This document shows positions 17,581 through 27,810 of a stretch of 64,000 bases of DNA, piece by piece. Position 1 is the first letter of the stretch. Every line of letters begins with the position of its first letter. This DNA is from Prevotella sp. (GTDB lineage Bacteria > Bacteroidota > Bacteroidia > Bacteroidales > Bacteroidaceae): contig JAILPA010000026.1 in NCBI GenBank assembly GCA_024690505.1, positions 8,036 through 72,035 of the forward strand, written 5' to 3'. Below the pieces are notes generated by a model, which saw only the letters and a list, made by a program, of their open reading frames with translations, had not been told where the DNA came from and searched no databases. The position numbers were made by a program, and so were the translations under genes.

Positions 17581-18639
17581 TCAGTCGGCAGCCTGGAACT
17601 CCTCGAGGAAACGGGTGTCGTTCTCAGAGAACAGGCGCAGGTCGCTGACACGATATTTCAGGTTGGTGATGCGCTCAACACCCATTCCGAAGGCGTAGCC
17701 GCTGTAGATGCTTGAATCGATGCCGCACTGTTCGAGCACGTTCGGGTCTACCATGCCGCAGCCCAGAATCTCAACCCATCCTGTGTGCTTGCAGAAGCCG
17801 CAGCCCTCGCCGCCACAGATGAAGCACGAGATATCCATCTCGGCGCTTGGTTCGGTGAAGGGGAAGTACGACGGGCGCAGGCGAATCTTTGTGTCGGCAC
17901 CGAACATCTCCTTTGCGAACGAGAGCAGCACCTGCTTGAGGTCGGTGAACGATACGTTCTTGTCGATGTAAAGGCCCTCTACCTGGTGGAAGAAGCAGTG
18001 GGCACGTGCGGTGATGGCCTCGTTGCGATACACGCGGCCTGGGCAGATGACGCGGATGGGGGCCGTCAGCTTGCCGTCCTCAGTGTGCATGTGCTCCATC
18101 ACTCGGGCCTGAACGCTTGACGTGTGCGAGCGCAGCAGGATGTTCTTCGTCACGTCATCGGGATGTTGCGACACGAAGAAGGTGTCCTGCATGTCGCGGG
18201 CAGGATGGTCGGCAGCAAAGTTCATGCGGGTGAACACATGCAGGTCGTCCTCTACTTCGGGACCGTCGGCCAGTACGAAGCCCATGCGGCTGAAGATGTC
18301 GATAATCTCGTTGGTGACAATGGTCAGCGGGTGGCGCGTTCCCACGCCTATGGGGTAGGGAGTGCGTGTCAGATCGATGTTATCCGTGTCGTTGTCCTGC
18401 GTCTGACAGTTTTCGCGCAGCTGGTTGATACGGTCGGTGGCCTGCTGTTTCAGCTGGTTGATCTTCATGCCCACTTCCTTCTTCAGCTCGGCAGGCACCT
18501 CGCGGAAATCGTTCATCAGAGCTGTTATCTCTCCTTTTTTGCTCAGGTATTTCAGTCGCAGCTGTTCCACCTCTTCGGCGTTCTTGGCTGTCAGTGTCTC
18601 TACTTCATTCAGAAGTTCGTTAATCTTGTCGAGAATCAT
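17581..18639 (-). CDS. pheS: Phenylalanine--tRNA ligase alpha subunit
   Basis: HPARDMQDTF, LLRSHTSSVQ, FHQVEGL, RPSYFPFTEPS, GYAFGMGVER. Confidence 0.98.
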   Translation of the reverse strand: MILDKINELLNEVETLTAKNAEEVEQLRLKYLSKKGEITALMNDFREVPAELKKEVGMKINQLKQQATDRINQLRENCQTQDNDTDNIDLTRTPYPIGVGTRHPLTIVTNEIIDIFSRMGFVLADGPEVEDDLHVFTRMNFAADHPARDMQDTFFVSQHPDDVTKNILLRSHTSSVQARVMEHMHTEDGKLTAPIRVICPGRVYRNEAITARAHCFFHQVEGLYIDKNVSFTDLKQVLLSFAKEMFGADTKIRLRPSYFPFTEPSAEMDISCFICGGEGCGFCKHTGWVEILGCGMVDPNVLEQCGIDSSIYSGYAFGMGVERITNLKYRVSDLRLFSENDTRFLEEFQAAD

Positions 18640-18647
18640 ATCGTGAT

Positions 18648-19760
18648 TTAATGTTTTTGTTTTGACAGTTCGTAATTGTAGTAGTCTTTATTGCCCGTCA
18701 CTTCCTTGATGATACGGAGGAATGGGGGCAACTTGAGCGACTCGCCCTCGGCAATGCCTTTCGTCTCGAGAATGACCAGACCTTGAAGCTGGTCAAGATA
18801 GGTGTCAACCTCGAAGTATTGACCTTGCCAGATGAAACTCTTGCGGAATTTGTGGATGGTGTTGCGGTCGGGATCGGCAATGGGGAGCATAATCTCGTAG
18901 AGGTTCTGATTGATCTGCCGCTCGGTGACCAGTTCCTCGTTTTCGGCCGTCTTCTTTTTCGTGGTGTGCACGTAGACCACCTTCTTGCCCCACGAACGCT
19001 TGCGCAGGCGCTCTTCACAGTCGGGATAGCCTTTGAGGTAGGTCTGGGTGATTTCACTCTCGATGCAGTCATCGGGGAAGTCGCCCGTGATTTCAACCAC
19101 GTACTTACGTTCCTCTTCGATGGGCTGCGGCAGACTGAGGACATTGCTTATCTCCTTGAGCACACGGTGCATCTTGGCCTCGAAGTCTTCGTGGTTATTG
19201 ATGACGCGCAGGTGGGGATGTCCTGTCCAGGCGTGAATCACCTTCTTGTCGAGCATACGGGCAATGCGCAGCCCCTCGTTGTCGTTGCTCTCGTTGCGTG
19301 AGGCGTTGTTGGCCGTGGTATAGAATTGCTCGGCACCGTCGGCAGCCGAGACAAGGTGGAGCACGGCGTCGTAGCGTTCGCGCAGTTCAGGCGTGGAAGT
19401 GCCTACCGAACGTGTGATTTGATTCCACATGTCGGGCGACATATAGGCCGAGATGTCAAGTGCCCCGCGGTCGCACACTATGATGCAGGGCTTGACGCAT
19501 TCGCGTGCCATGCGCATGAACTTATCTTCCAGTGCTATCTGTATCTCGAGTGTTGCTTTCTCGCCCTCGTAGAAGAAGCCTTGGTTCTTTGTCAGATAGT
19601 TCATGCCTGCCTGGGTGAAGAGTGTAGGCACTTCAGGTATGGTGAATACCTTATAGCCCAGGCTGCTGAAGTGCTCGATGATGCGCACCAGTGCCGTGGT
19701 CTTTCCGGCACAGGGGCCGCCTGTCAGCACTATTCTCTTGATATCATCCATATCCATCAT
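18648..19760 (-). CDS. P-loop (AAA_28/NadR-like) NTPase fused to a C-terminal CYTH-like domain
   Basis: IVLTGGPCAGKTT Walker A, IIVCDRG; C-terminal IEEERKYVV...ITQTYL...ERLRKR...FEVDTY...LVILE CYTH signature. Confidence 0.8.
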   Translation of the reverse strand: MMDMDDIKRIVLTGGPCAGKTTALVRIIEHFSSLGYKVFTIPEVPTLFTQAGMNYLTKNQGFFYEGEKATLEIQIALEDKFMRMARECVKPCIIVCDRGALDISAYMSPDMWNQITRSVGTSTPELRERYDAVLHLVSAADGAEQFYTTANNASRNESNDNEGLRIARMLDKKVIHAWTGHPHLRVINNHEDFEAKMHRVLKEISNVLSLPQPIEEERKYVVEITGDFPDDCIESEITQTYLKGYPDCEERLRKRSWGKKVVYVHTTKKKTAENEELVTERQINQNLYEIMLPIADPDRNTIHKFRKSFIWQGQYFEVDTYLDQLQGLVILETKGIAEGESLKLPPFLRIIKEVTGNKDYYNYELSKQKH

Positions 19761-19936
19761 GGCACCCCCGTTTAGTCGGGGGAGCGTAAGCGAGTGCAAA
19801 GGTAATGAAATGATTTGAGATTTGTGGTTTGACGTATAATGTTTGTGCCCGCCCATTATGCTTATTTAACATTTTACTGCGAGAAATCTCAATTCTCAAA
19901 TCTCAAATCTCAGATAAAAAGATGTAACTTTGCGCC

Positions 19937-20626
19937 ATGTTTCAATTCAAGCAGTTCTCTATCTGTCAAGACCGGTGCGCCATGAAGGTGGGCACCGATG
20001 GTGTGCTACTGGGGGCATGGGCCCGTGGCGGGCACCGTGTGCTCGACATCGGCACGGGTACAGGGGTGATAGCCCTGATGATGGCTCAGCGCTTTGTAGG
20101 TGCCGAAGTGTTGGGGATTGACATTGATGCTGTGGCCGTAGCTCAGGCCTCCGAGAATGCCATGGCATCGCCCTTTGCCAGCCGTGTCTCCATGTTGCAG
20201 GCTGATGTGTGCACGTTTCAGTCGGCTATGCCTTTCGACAGCATTGTATGCAATCCACCGTTCTTTATCGACTCGCTGCCATCGCCCGATGCACGCCGTT
20301 CCATAGCCCGCCATACCGATACGCTGAGCTATAGACAGTTGATGCAGAACAGCTGGCGACTGCTGGCCGACGAGGGACAGTTGTCTGTGGTCATCCCTTT
20401 CGATTGCCGTGAACGCCTGGAGTCGGAAGCTTTTATCGTCGGATTCTTCAAAACGCGCGAGGTGGCCGTAAAGACCACCCCGCGAAAGGCTCCACGCCGC
20501 TATTTGCTAGCTTTCAGTAAACACTCTGCAGATTTTGAAAAGTCAGAAGGCATCATAGAAGATGTCCCAGGACATCGCTCGCTGTGGTACGAGACTCTGA
20601 CGGGCGACTTCTATTGTTCCGCTTAA
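19937..20626 (+). CDS. tRNA1(Val) (adenine(37)-N6)-methyltransferase (YfiC/TrmM-like)
   Basis: FQFKQF..Q...MKVGTDGVLLGAW, LDIGTGTG, CNPPFF, ARHT. Confidence 0.92.
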   Translation: MFQFKQFSICQDRCAMKVGTDGVLLGAWARGGHRVLDIGTGTGVIALMMAQRFVGAEVLGIDIDAVAVAQASENAMASPFASRVSMLQADVCTFQSAMPFDSIVCNPPFFIDSLPSPDARRSIARHTDTLSYRQLMQNSWRLLADEGQLSVVIPFDCRERLESEAFIVGFFKTREVAVKTTPRKAPRRYLLAFSKHSADFEKSEGIIEDVPGHRSLWYETLTGDFYCSA

Positions 20627-20652
20627 TGGTCTGAGCTATCCAAATCTATGTG

Positions 20653-20847
20653 CTATTGCGTTCGATAGAGGACGATGACAGCAATAGCCATCACAATGGC
20701 TACGAGTATGAGAAAACGGAACAGCCACTTGGCTATTAGCTTTCTGCGCCTGATGCTCGACAGGTTCTTTTTTAGGAAAAGTGTTGAACTGTCTTCACGG
20801 TGATGATGATGATGATGGTGGTGATGTTGCGATGATTGTTCTGACAT
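20653..20847 (-). CDS. Small His-rich membrane protein (64 aa)
   Basis: H9 tract, basic segment and one C-terminal TM helix; 9 bp downstream of the GH106 gene. Confidence 0.65.
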   Translation of the reverse strand: MSEQSSQHHHHHHHHHREDSSTLFLKKNLSSIRRRKLIAKWLFRFLILVAIVMAIAVIVLYRTQ

Positions 20848-20856
20848 GATGGGTTA

Positions 20857-23478
20857 TTATTTAATTATGAGTTTAACTTCCGAGTTCAAACCGCTGGGCA
20901 TGGGCTCCCATTGGTCGTAGAGTGTCTTCTTGTAGTTGATGTCGACAACATTTATCTCTTCCATTTTGCGCCACTTCACGCCTTTCCTGTCTAAGTCGGC
21001 AATACGGTTGGCTGGAAGGTTGGTCACTTCTATGCGCACTTCGTTGGTGCCCACCTTCAAGGTGCCCTTGGTGTCGAGAATGAAGGGAACGCTCCACGCA
21101 CAGCCTATGAATTGGCCATTGATGTAGACGCGGGCAGACTCACGCACGTCGCCCAGGTCGATAAACCATTGGTGTGATGGGGCGTCTTTCTTGTTCAGCG
21201 TCACTGTGGCGGTGTATACGCCGGTACCCATGAGAACTTTTGTCTGCTCGTCAAGCCCTTCCCATGACTGTAGCGCATCAAGGCTAAATGACTTCTCGAC
21301 GGCCGGAACAGATTCGGTGAATGAGAGTGTCCACGGCCCGGTAATAGAGATCTGTTCACGAGGATAAACAGGAGGTGGGGCATTGTGCAAGCAAGAAGAG
21401 ACGGGCTTGGGGTGAGGACCTCCCATATAGTTATCGTAAACTTGAAGAATCATCGATTCGCCGCTCCGCAGACTAATCGTCATCAGGCCGTGCTCGTATT
21501 CGGCATGGGAAATCTCGCCGTTGAGCGGATTGAACCAGCGTGCTCCTTGATAGTCAACGGCAAGGGGCACCTGTTCGCTGATGTCATTGGGCGTGAGGTT
21601 GGCAATGAAGTAGTGATAACCGTTGGCGTTCTTACGACGGATGGCCTTCAACCCCAACTTCGTCTTCATGGGCTCGGGCTTGGCTGTCTTGGCCATTTCG
21701 GTTTCACTGATGCCATACATCACGTGGGCACCCTTTGCCTTCAGCGATTCAATGTGAGCCTTCACGGCATCGGGCATCTCGCCGCTTCCGGGGATGATGA
21801 GACCCTTGTAGCGGGTGCCGCCTTGGGTGACAAGCTGACCGTTTTCGCACCGCGTGTTCAAGAGCAATTGCTCGGAGATGTAGTCGCAGTCGTAACCAGC
21901 ACGGTCAATATCGAGGATGGCTTGGCGGAACTCAGGCATCAGCTTGCCCATGGCGTGTATGCTGAACTGCATCAGCAGTTTGCCCGTAGCTTTCTTCCAA
22001 GCATCACGCACGGGCAGCAACACCAGGAAGTCATTGTCGGGCTGACCCCATTGCAGAAAACTCTGGCAGCGCTCCACATACTCCATGAAATAAGGGGCAT
22101 CGCGCCAGATGCTGTTCGTGGGGCTCATGTCTATCGAAGCGTAGAATTTCCAGCCTGGCCACTCGTCGTCCTTGGGCGAATAGCATGTGCCGTGGAAGTA
22201 CATGTGGTTCACACCGGCACAGAACATCAGGTCGAGGTCGGGCTTCAGTTGCGAGAGACTGGTGCGGAAGTGTTCCGTCAGCCAAGTAAAGGTCTCACTG
22301 CTGGTGTAGGGCTTGCCGCAGACATGGGCGGCTGACGGTGCATACTTGAACATCGAGTAGTCGCTGTCGTTCTTGCGGGTCTTGCCCGGGTCGGTCCTAA
22401 GGCCTTTGATGCCCAGGTCGCTAAGACCGAAGCCTTCAATCTCAGGGATGTCAACGGCGGCATAGCAGTCGATAAGGTTGGCTGGCGATCCGTGTGCCTG
22501 GTTGCGGGTGATGGCGCCGTGACTATGGGCCCATGCTGTCCACTGATTGGTGAAATTCTCTAAAAGCAGGTCGCCCAACGTCTCACGATAGTCACTGAGC
22601 ACCTTTGGGTCATAGGCAATCAGCTCGGGCAAATGGTCTTCCAGCTTGTAGCCGCGGCGGGCTTCAAACTCTTTCAGCAGGGTAGGCGTCCATGTAGCGG
22701 CTTCCACCTCATAGCTGTCGTTGAAGAAAGTGTGAGGGTAGGGGGTATGGGTGCGGTCGAAGGCTGCGCTGATGTGGCTCAGGTAGTTCTTCACTGCCGT
22801 GCGGTCGAAGTGGTCAATCACCAGCCCCTCACCGCCAGGGGCAGCTCGCTTCACTCTCATTACACCATATTTAATATATAGAGCAATAATCTTTTGGGGG
22901 GCGGACTTTAGATTTGAGTATTGCGCTTTGTCAAACACCAGCTTGCCGTCCTTCACTTTGTCGGTTACGTCGATAGCCTGTCCGTCGGCATAGAGCATCA
23001 CCTTGTCGAGGAATGCATTTTTGCGCTCTTTCTCGTCGGCAATTGTCAGGTCGAGGACAGCTTTTTCATTTCCACTCAAGTTCTTCTCGACAAACACCGC
23101 CTTGCTAGCGCTTTCCTTTAAAGGCACCCAGGGGCCTCCGAAAGGCCATCCAGTGCCCGTAGCCATGTCGAGCTCGATACCGTTCTGCTGGCATTGCTCC
23201 TGTGTAAAACGCAGCATACTAAGCCATTCGTTGCTCAGATAGGGAATGTTGTTCTTTTCATTGGCCTGCACGCCATAGATGGGTGTTATCTCCACTGCCC
23301 CGATGCCGTGTTTGGCATACTCGCGCAGGTTCCAGCGCAGGTTCTCCTTGTCTACGGCTGAGCCCAGCCACCACCATCGGGCGCCAGGCTTTGCTTCTAT
23401 GGTAGGCGTTGGCCAAGATTGAGCCGATGCCACGATTGTCATGGCGCATAAGGCTAATATTGTAAGTAGCTTCTTCAT
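20857..23478 (-). CDS. Glycoside hydrolase family 106 alpha-L-rhamnosidase-like protein
   Basis: RWWWLGSAV, GIGAVEITPIYG, GTGWPFGGP, FNDSYE, RNQAHGSP, C-terminal DLGDVRESARV sugar-binding domain. Confidence 0.85.
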   Translation of the reverse strand: MKKLLTILALCAMTIVASAQSWPTPTIEAKPGARWWWLGSAVDKENLRWNLREYAKHGIGAVEITPIYGVQANEKNNIPYLSNEWLSMLRFTQEQCQQNGIELDMATGTGWPFGGPWVPLKESASKAVFVEKNLSGNEKAVLDLTIADEKERKNAFLDKVMLYADGQAIDVTDKVKDGKLVFDKAQYSNLKSAPQKIIALYIKYGVMRVKRAAPGGEGLVIDHFDRTAVKNYLSHISAAFDRTHTPYPHTFFNDSYEVEAATWTPTLLKEFEARRGYKLEDHLPELIAYDPKVLSDYRETLGDLLLENFTNQWTAWAHSHGAITRNQAHGSPANLIDCYAAVDIPEIEGFGLSDLGIKGLRTDPGKTRKNDSDYSMFKYAPSAAHVCGKPYTSSETFTWLTEHFRTSLSQLKPDLDLMFCAGVNHMYFHGTCYSPKDDEWPGWKFYASIDMSPTNSIWRDAPYFMEYVERCQSFLQWGQPDNDFLVLLPVRDAWKKATGKLLMQFSIHAMGKLMPEFRQAILDIDRAGYDCDYISEQLLLNTRCENGQLVTQGGTRYKGLIIPGSGEMPDAVKAHIESLKAKGAHVMYGISETEMAKTAKPEPMKTKLGLKAIRRKNANGYHYFIANLTPNDISEQVPLAVDYQGARWFNPLNGEISHAEYEHGLMTISLRSGESMILQVYDNYMGGPHPKPVSSCLHNAPPPVYPREQISITGPWTLSFTESVPAVEKSFSLDALQSWEGLDEQTKVLMGTGVYTATVTLNKKDAPSHQWFIDLGDVRESARVYINGQFIGCAWSVPFILDTKGTLKVGTNEVRIEVTNLPANRIADLDRKGVKWRKMEEINVVDINYKKTLYDQWEPMPSGLNSEVKLIIK

Positions 23479-23481
23479 AAA

Positions 23482-24723
23482 TCAGTTGCCGTCGGGTTTA
23501 TTGTTTTCTGCGATGCGCGAAGGTGCCCATTTGAACTCTTGCCATTTGTCAGGCTGTGAGGGGTCGAATTGGCTCCAGTCGTCGCGTAGGTATTTCACAA
23601 GCGGCAGGTTCAGCTCTTTCATGCCCATCACCACGCATTTGGCCACCTCGTAGGCACCGAAGGGGTTGAAATGAGTGTTGTCGGTCAGCTCCTTTCCATA
23701 TGCTTCCTTGGGGTAGTGTACCAGCAGGCGCTTTGACTCCTCTTGGCCAAAGGCCAAATAGAGGTCGGTGGTCATCTTGTTCAGGTCGATAAGGGGCACG
23801 TTTTCCTTCTCGGCCACCATCTTCATGGCTGCGGGGAAGTCGCCGTGGGTGTTGTTGATCGACTGGCCATCATTCGAGAACGACCGACGCTGAGTGGGGG
23901 TACAGAACACAATCTCAGCTCCTTTCTTACGGACTTGGTCAACGAAAATCTTCAGCTGGTATTGGTAGTGGTACCAGGCACCGTCGCCTGGTTTCTTCTC
24001 TTTCTCATCGTTGTGGCCGAACTCCACAAACACATAGTCGCCCTTCTTCAAGGTGGAGAGAATCTTGTCTAAGCGGTTGCTCGCAATGAAGGTGCGGGCG
24101 GTGAGGCCGCTCTCGGCATGGTTGCTGATAGCTACCTCAGGGCCGAACCAACGCGTAATCATCTGTCCCCATGAGGCCCAGGGCTCATAGTGCTGATCCA
24201 CCACTGTGGAGTTGCCGCACAGGTAGACCGTTATAACATCGGCAGGGGCTGGCTCTACGTGAATGCTCTTTACGGCAGGGTTGTCGCCGTTGAACTCCAA
24301 CGTCAGCCTGTCGTCCCACGCAAAGTATACCTTTTCGCGGTCTTTTATCTTCACGCTTTTCCCTTCCTCGATAAAGGGAGAACGCTTGTTTACAGTGAAT
24401 TCAAAAGTCTTCTTGTCCTTGGCTTTCTTGGTCACGATATTGTCCATGAGCAGGCGGCGCCCCTCAGCTCGCACAGTAGTGTTGCTGTTCTTTTTGCCGC
24501 CAAGTACCACCTTTACACGATAGTTACCGTCAGGAACTTTTATTGAGAAGTAGAAAGGCTCTGTCGGTTTCTTCTTGTCGGGTGCAGGCAGAATGTCATA
24601 GCCATAGCCAATGGCATCGCTATAGACTGGCTGCGGCTTTGTCAGGTCAAAGTCGAACACCTGTGCCAGCATCGTAGCTGGAATCAGGCCAAGTAGTGCA
24701 AGTAGTGTTCTTTTCATCTTCAT
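23482..24723 (-). CDS. Rhamnogalacturonan acetylesterase (CE12-like)
   Basis: LCGNSTVVDQ..EPWASWGQ, NHAESG, EFGHND, DNTHF. Confidence 0.88.
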   Translation of the reverse strand: MKMKRTLLALLGLIPATMLAQVFDFDLTKPQPVYSDAIGYGYDILPAPDKKKPTEPFYFSIKVPDGNYRVKVVLGGKKNSNTTVRAEGRRLLMDNIVTKKAKDKKTFEFTVNKRSPFIEEGKSVKIKDREKVYFAWDDRLTLEFNGDNPAVKSIHVEPAPADVITVYLCGNSTVVDQHYEPWASWGQMITRWFGPEVAISNHAESGLTARTFIASNRLDKILSTLKKGDYVFVEFGHNDEKEKKPGDGAWYHYQYQLKIFVDQVRKKGAEIVFCTPTQRRSFSNDGQSINNTHGDFPAAMKMVAEKENVPLIDLNKMTTDLYLAFGQEESKRLLVHYPKEAYGKELTDNTHFNPFGAYEVAKCVVMGMKELNLPLVKYLRDDWSQFDPSQPDKWQEFKWAPSRIAENNKPDGN

Positions 24724-24967
24724 ACATTAAGTAGTTTGTCTGTTTGTATTATATTTTTGCAAAGGTACGAACATTTTTTGAAACGGCGAGCCATGGAACG
24801 TTAATAGAATATAATTTAACGCAAATCTTCAAAAATCTTGCTCGAAAAAGGTGTTTCTTGGCTACCGAAGTATAAGCGAATTTAAATTCTTTTACTATCT
24901 TTGCATGACCTTTGGGCTTGGGAAAGCCATGAGCATTATAACGATATTGTGTATTAACTAAATAATC

Positions 24968-25861
24968 ATGAAAGAGATGAAAAACAAATCGAGAATCATT
25001 TGTGGCGTATTGTTGATGGCGGCTATGATAGTGGCATCATGTGAGAAAATGGTGGTTGAAGAGGAGGAGGCCCCCGTCAGTCCAAAAGCTGGGAAAGGCA
25101 AAGTGACCTTGCGTGTTGCTGGCTTTAACATCGTTCCGTTCGATACACGGGCTGTCGTGGACTTGACAACCTACTGCACCCGTCTTAACTATGTGGTATA
25201 TAAGGACGGGAACAAGGTCGCCAGTAAGTCGCAACTTAAAGAGGACGGCAATTTCGGCGAGGTAACCATGTCGTTGGAGCCAGGAACGTACAAACTGCTT
25301 GTGCTGGCACATAGCAGCCAGGGAGGTAATCCTACGCTGAGCGACCCAGAGAATATCCAGTTTACGAATAGTCTGTCTTTCTCTGACACCTTCTATTATT
25401 ATGGAGATCTTGAGGTCACTAGTGAAGACAAGACCCACGATATCTCGATGATGAGAGCAACGTCTCTGCTTCGTTTTATAATTGAGGACAATATTCCTTC
25501 AGATGTACAATATTTGCACTTCAAATACACTGGTGGTACAGGTGTGCTGAATGCTGTGACGGGCTATGGCGGAAATGTTAATTCTCAGCAGGAGATGTGG
25601 TATGCTGCTTCTGGCGACACTCCTCGCACATTGTCTCTATATACGTTCTTAAAGGGCGATGAGGGCTCGTTGCAAGTAACCGTTCAAGCCATGGCTTCTG
25701 ATATGAAGACCGTTATTGCCGAGAAGACTTTCACCAATGTCCCCATGAAGCGCAACATGGTGACGGAGTACAGAGGATCATTCTTCACGGTTTCCAGCAG
25801 TAACAGCTTCTCGCTGACCGCTGAGACCGAATGGGAAGTTTATCAATCATTTACTTATTAA
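24968..25861 (+). CDS. FimB/Mfa2-family fimbrial-type lipoprotein
   Basis: Lipobox VASC, transthyretin-like pattern L.PGTYKLLVLAH, terminal VPMKRNMVTEYRGSFF. Confidence 0.7.
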   Translation: MKEMKNKSRIICGVLLMAAMIVASCEKMVVEEEEAPVSPKAGKGKVTLRVAGFNIVPFDTRAVVDLTTYCTRLNYVVYKDGNKVASKSQLKEDGNFGEVTMSLEPGTYKLLVLAHSSQGGNPTLSDPENIQFTNSLSFSDTFYYYGDLEVTSEDKTHDISMMRATSLLRFIIEDNIPSDVQYLHFKYTGGTGVLNAVTGYGGNVNSQQEMWYAASGDTPRTLSLYTFLKGDEGSLQVTVQAMASDMKTVIAEKTFTNVPMKRNMVTEYRGSFFTVSSSNSFSLTAETEWEVYQSFTY

Positions 25862-25873
25862 ACAATAATTAAT

Positions 25874-26731
25874 ATGCCAGACAGAAAGTGGAACACCATC
25901 CGAGAGTTCGAGGAGATACTCTTCGAGGAATACAATGGAATCGCAAAGATAACCATCAACCGTCCGCGGTTCAGAAATGCCTTCACCCCCAAGACTACCT
26001 GGGAGTTGAGTCAGGCTTTTTCCTTGTGCCGCGAGATGCAAGATATCTCAGTGGTGTTGCTTACTGGTGCCATGTCGGAAGTGCCCGACGGCAAACGGTT
26101 GGAAGATGTGAAACACGCCTTCTGTTCTGGCGGCGACATGCACGTGAAAGGCCGTGGCGGCTATGTGGACGAGCAAGGCGTTCCGCGGCTGAGTGTGCTG
26201 GATGTTCAGATGCAGATACGCCGTTTGCCTAAGCCCGTCATCGCTATGGTCAACGGCTATGCCATTGGTGGTGGTCATGTGCTTCACCTTGTTTGCGACC
26301 TCACCATAGCCAGCGAGAATGCTATTTTCGGACAGACGGGCCCCAAGGTGGGCTCGTTCGATGCTGGCTTTGGCAGTAGCTATCTGGCACGTATCGTGGG
26401 ACAGAAGAAAGCCCGCGAAATATGGTTCCTCTGTCGGCAATACTCGGCTCGTGAAGCTGAGCAGATGGGCATGGTGAACAAGGTGGTGCCTTTGGCGCAG
26501 CTCGAAGACGAGTGCGTCTTGTGGGCTGAAGAGATGATGGAGCGCTCGCCTATGGCCCTCCGCATGATTAAGGCAGGTTTGAATGCAGAGCTCGACGGTC
26601 AGGCCGGTATCCAGGAATTAGCAGGCGACTGCACCATGCTCTACTACTTCCTCGATGAAGCGCAGGAGGGCGGACGGGCTTTCCTTGAGAAGCGTAAGCC
26701 CAACTTCAAGAAATATCCTAAAATGCCCTGA
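25874..26731 (+). CDS. menB: 1,4-dihydroxy-2-naphthoyl-CoA synthase
   Basis: [42 protein letters not shown]. Confidence 0.96.
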   Translation: MPDRKWNTIREFEEILFEEYNGIAKITINRPRFRNAFTPKTTWELSQAFSLCREMQDISVVLLTGAMSEVPDGKRLEDVKHAFCSGGDMHVKGRGGYVDEQGVPRLSVLDVQMQIRRLPKPVIAMVNGYAIGGGHVLHLVCDLTIASENAIFGQTGPKVGSFDAGFGSSYLARIVGQKKAREIWFLCRQYSAREAEQMGMVNKVVPLAQLEDECVLWAEEMMERSPMALRMIKAGLNAELDGQAGIQELAGDCTMLYYFLDEAQEGGRAFLEKRKPNFKKYPKMP

Positions 26732-26732
26732 T

Positions 26733-27746
26733 ATGAAGATAGATATCCAAGAGCGCGTGTTTCATTTCAAACAACCTGCGGGCACGTCGCGCGGTGTCTA
26801 TACCGAGCGACTCTCGTGGATGGTGACTGTGACCGATGGCGACAGGATAGGGGTGGGGGAGTGTGCACCGCTGCCCGACTTGAGTTGCGATGCCTTGCCC
26901 CCGTCTATATATAAAAAGGTGTTGCGCCGCTTCTGTGACGACGTGGAGCGCACGGGCATCATTGATACAGAGGCACTTCGTCCCTATCCTTCCATGCTCT
27001 TCGGGCTCGAGACAGCGCTTCTTGATACACCGTTCGATACCCCCTTTGCCCGTGGTGAGGAAGGCATTACTATTAACGGCCTTGTGTGGATGGGCACCTA
27101 CGATGAGATGCTTCATCGGATGGAGGAGAAACTGGCACATGGCTTCCGTTGCATCAAGCTGAAGATTGGTGCCATTGACTTCGAGCGTGAGCTAGATCTT
27201 ATTAGGCAGCTGCGCCGCCGCTTCAGTCACCATGAGGTGGAGTTGCGGGTGGATGCCAACGGCGCCTTTGATTTTGCCAATGGTGATGCCCTCTACAAGC
27301 TGGAGCTCCTGTCGCAATATGCCCTTCACAGCATTGAGCAGCCCATACGTCAAGGACAGTGGGCCAACATGGCCGAGCTATGCCGTGAGTCGCCACTGCC
27401 CATAGCCCTCGACGAAGAACTTATAGGCGTGAACAACCCTGAGCAGAAACGTCAGATGCTGAACATTATACGCCCAGCCTACATCGTACTGAAACCATCG
27501 TTGCATGGTGGTATGGTGGGCTGTCGCGAGTGGGTCAGCATTGCGCAGGACATGGGCATCGGCTGGTGGATAACGTCGGCTCTTGAAAGCAACATCGGCC
27601 TGAATGCCATTGCCCAGTTCTGTAGCGCCATGTGTCAGGACACTGGCAATGAAATGCCACAAGGTCTTGGCACGGGACAGCTCTTCACCGACAACATCCC
27701 CATGTCTCTTGACGTGGTGGGTGATCAACTGTTCTTCCGGGCATGA
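26733..27746 (+). CDS. menC: o-succinylbenzoate synthase
   Basis: Start MKIDIQ; FKQPAGTSRG, GECAPLP, IKLKIG, RVDANG, EQP, ALDEE, GLGTG. Confidence 0.92.
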   Translation: MKIDIQERVFHFKQPAGTSRGVYTERLSWMVTVTDGDRIGVGECAPLPDLSCDALPPSIYKKVLRRFCDDVERTGIIDTEALRPYPSMLFGLETALLDTPFDTPFARGEEGITINGLVWMGTYDEMLHRMEEKLAHGFRCIKLKIGAIDFERELDLIRQLRRRFSHHEVELRVDANGAFDFANGDALYKLELLSQYALHSIEQPIRQGQWANMAELCRESPLPIALDEELIGVNNPEQKRQMLNIIRPAYIVLKPSLHGGMVGCREWVSIAQDMGIGWWITSALESNIGLNAIAQFCSAMCQDTGNEMPQGLGTGQLFTDNIPMSLDVVGDQLFFRA

Positions 27747-27810
27747 TGGCAGCCAGCCACTTTTCACCACCTATAAACGTGACGTTGACCTTCTTAATAT
27801 GTGAGCAACG

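Noticed and set aside
20653-20847. His-operon attenuator leader peptide
   Set aside because: It lies ~40 kb from the his genes, at the end of a transcription unit, has a TM helix and has no downstream co-oriented gene.
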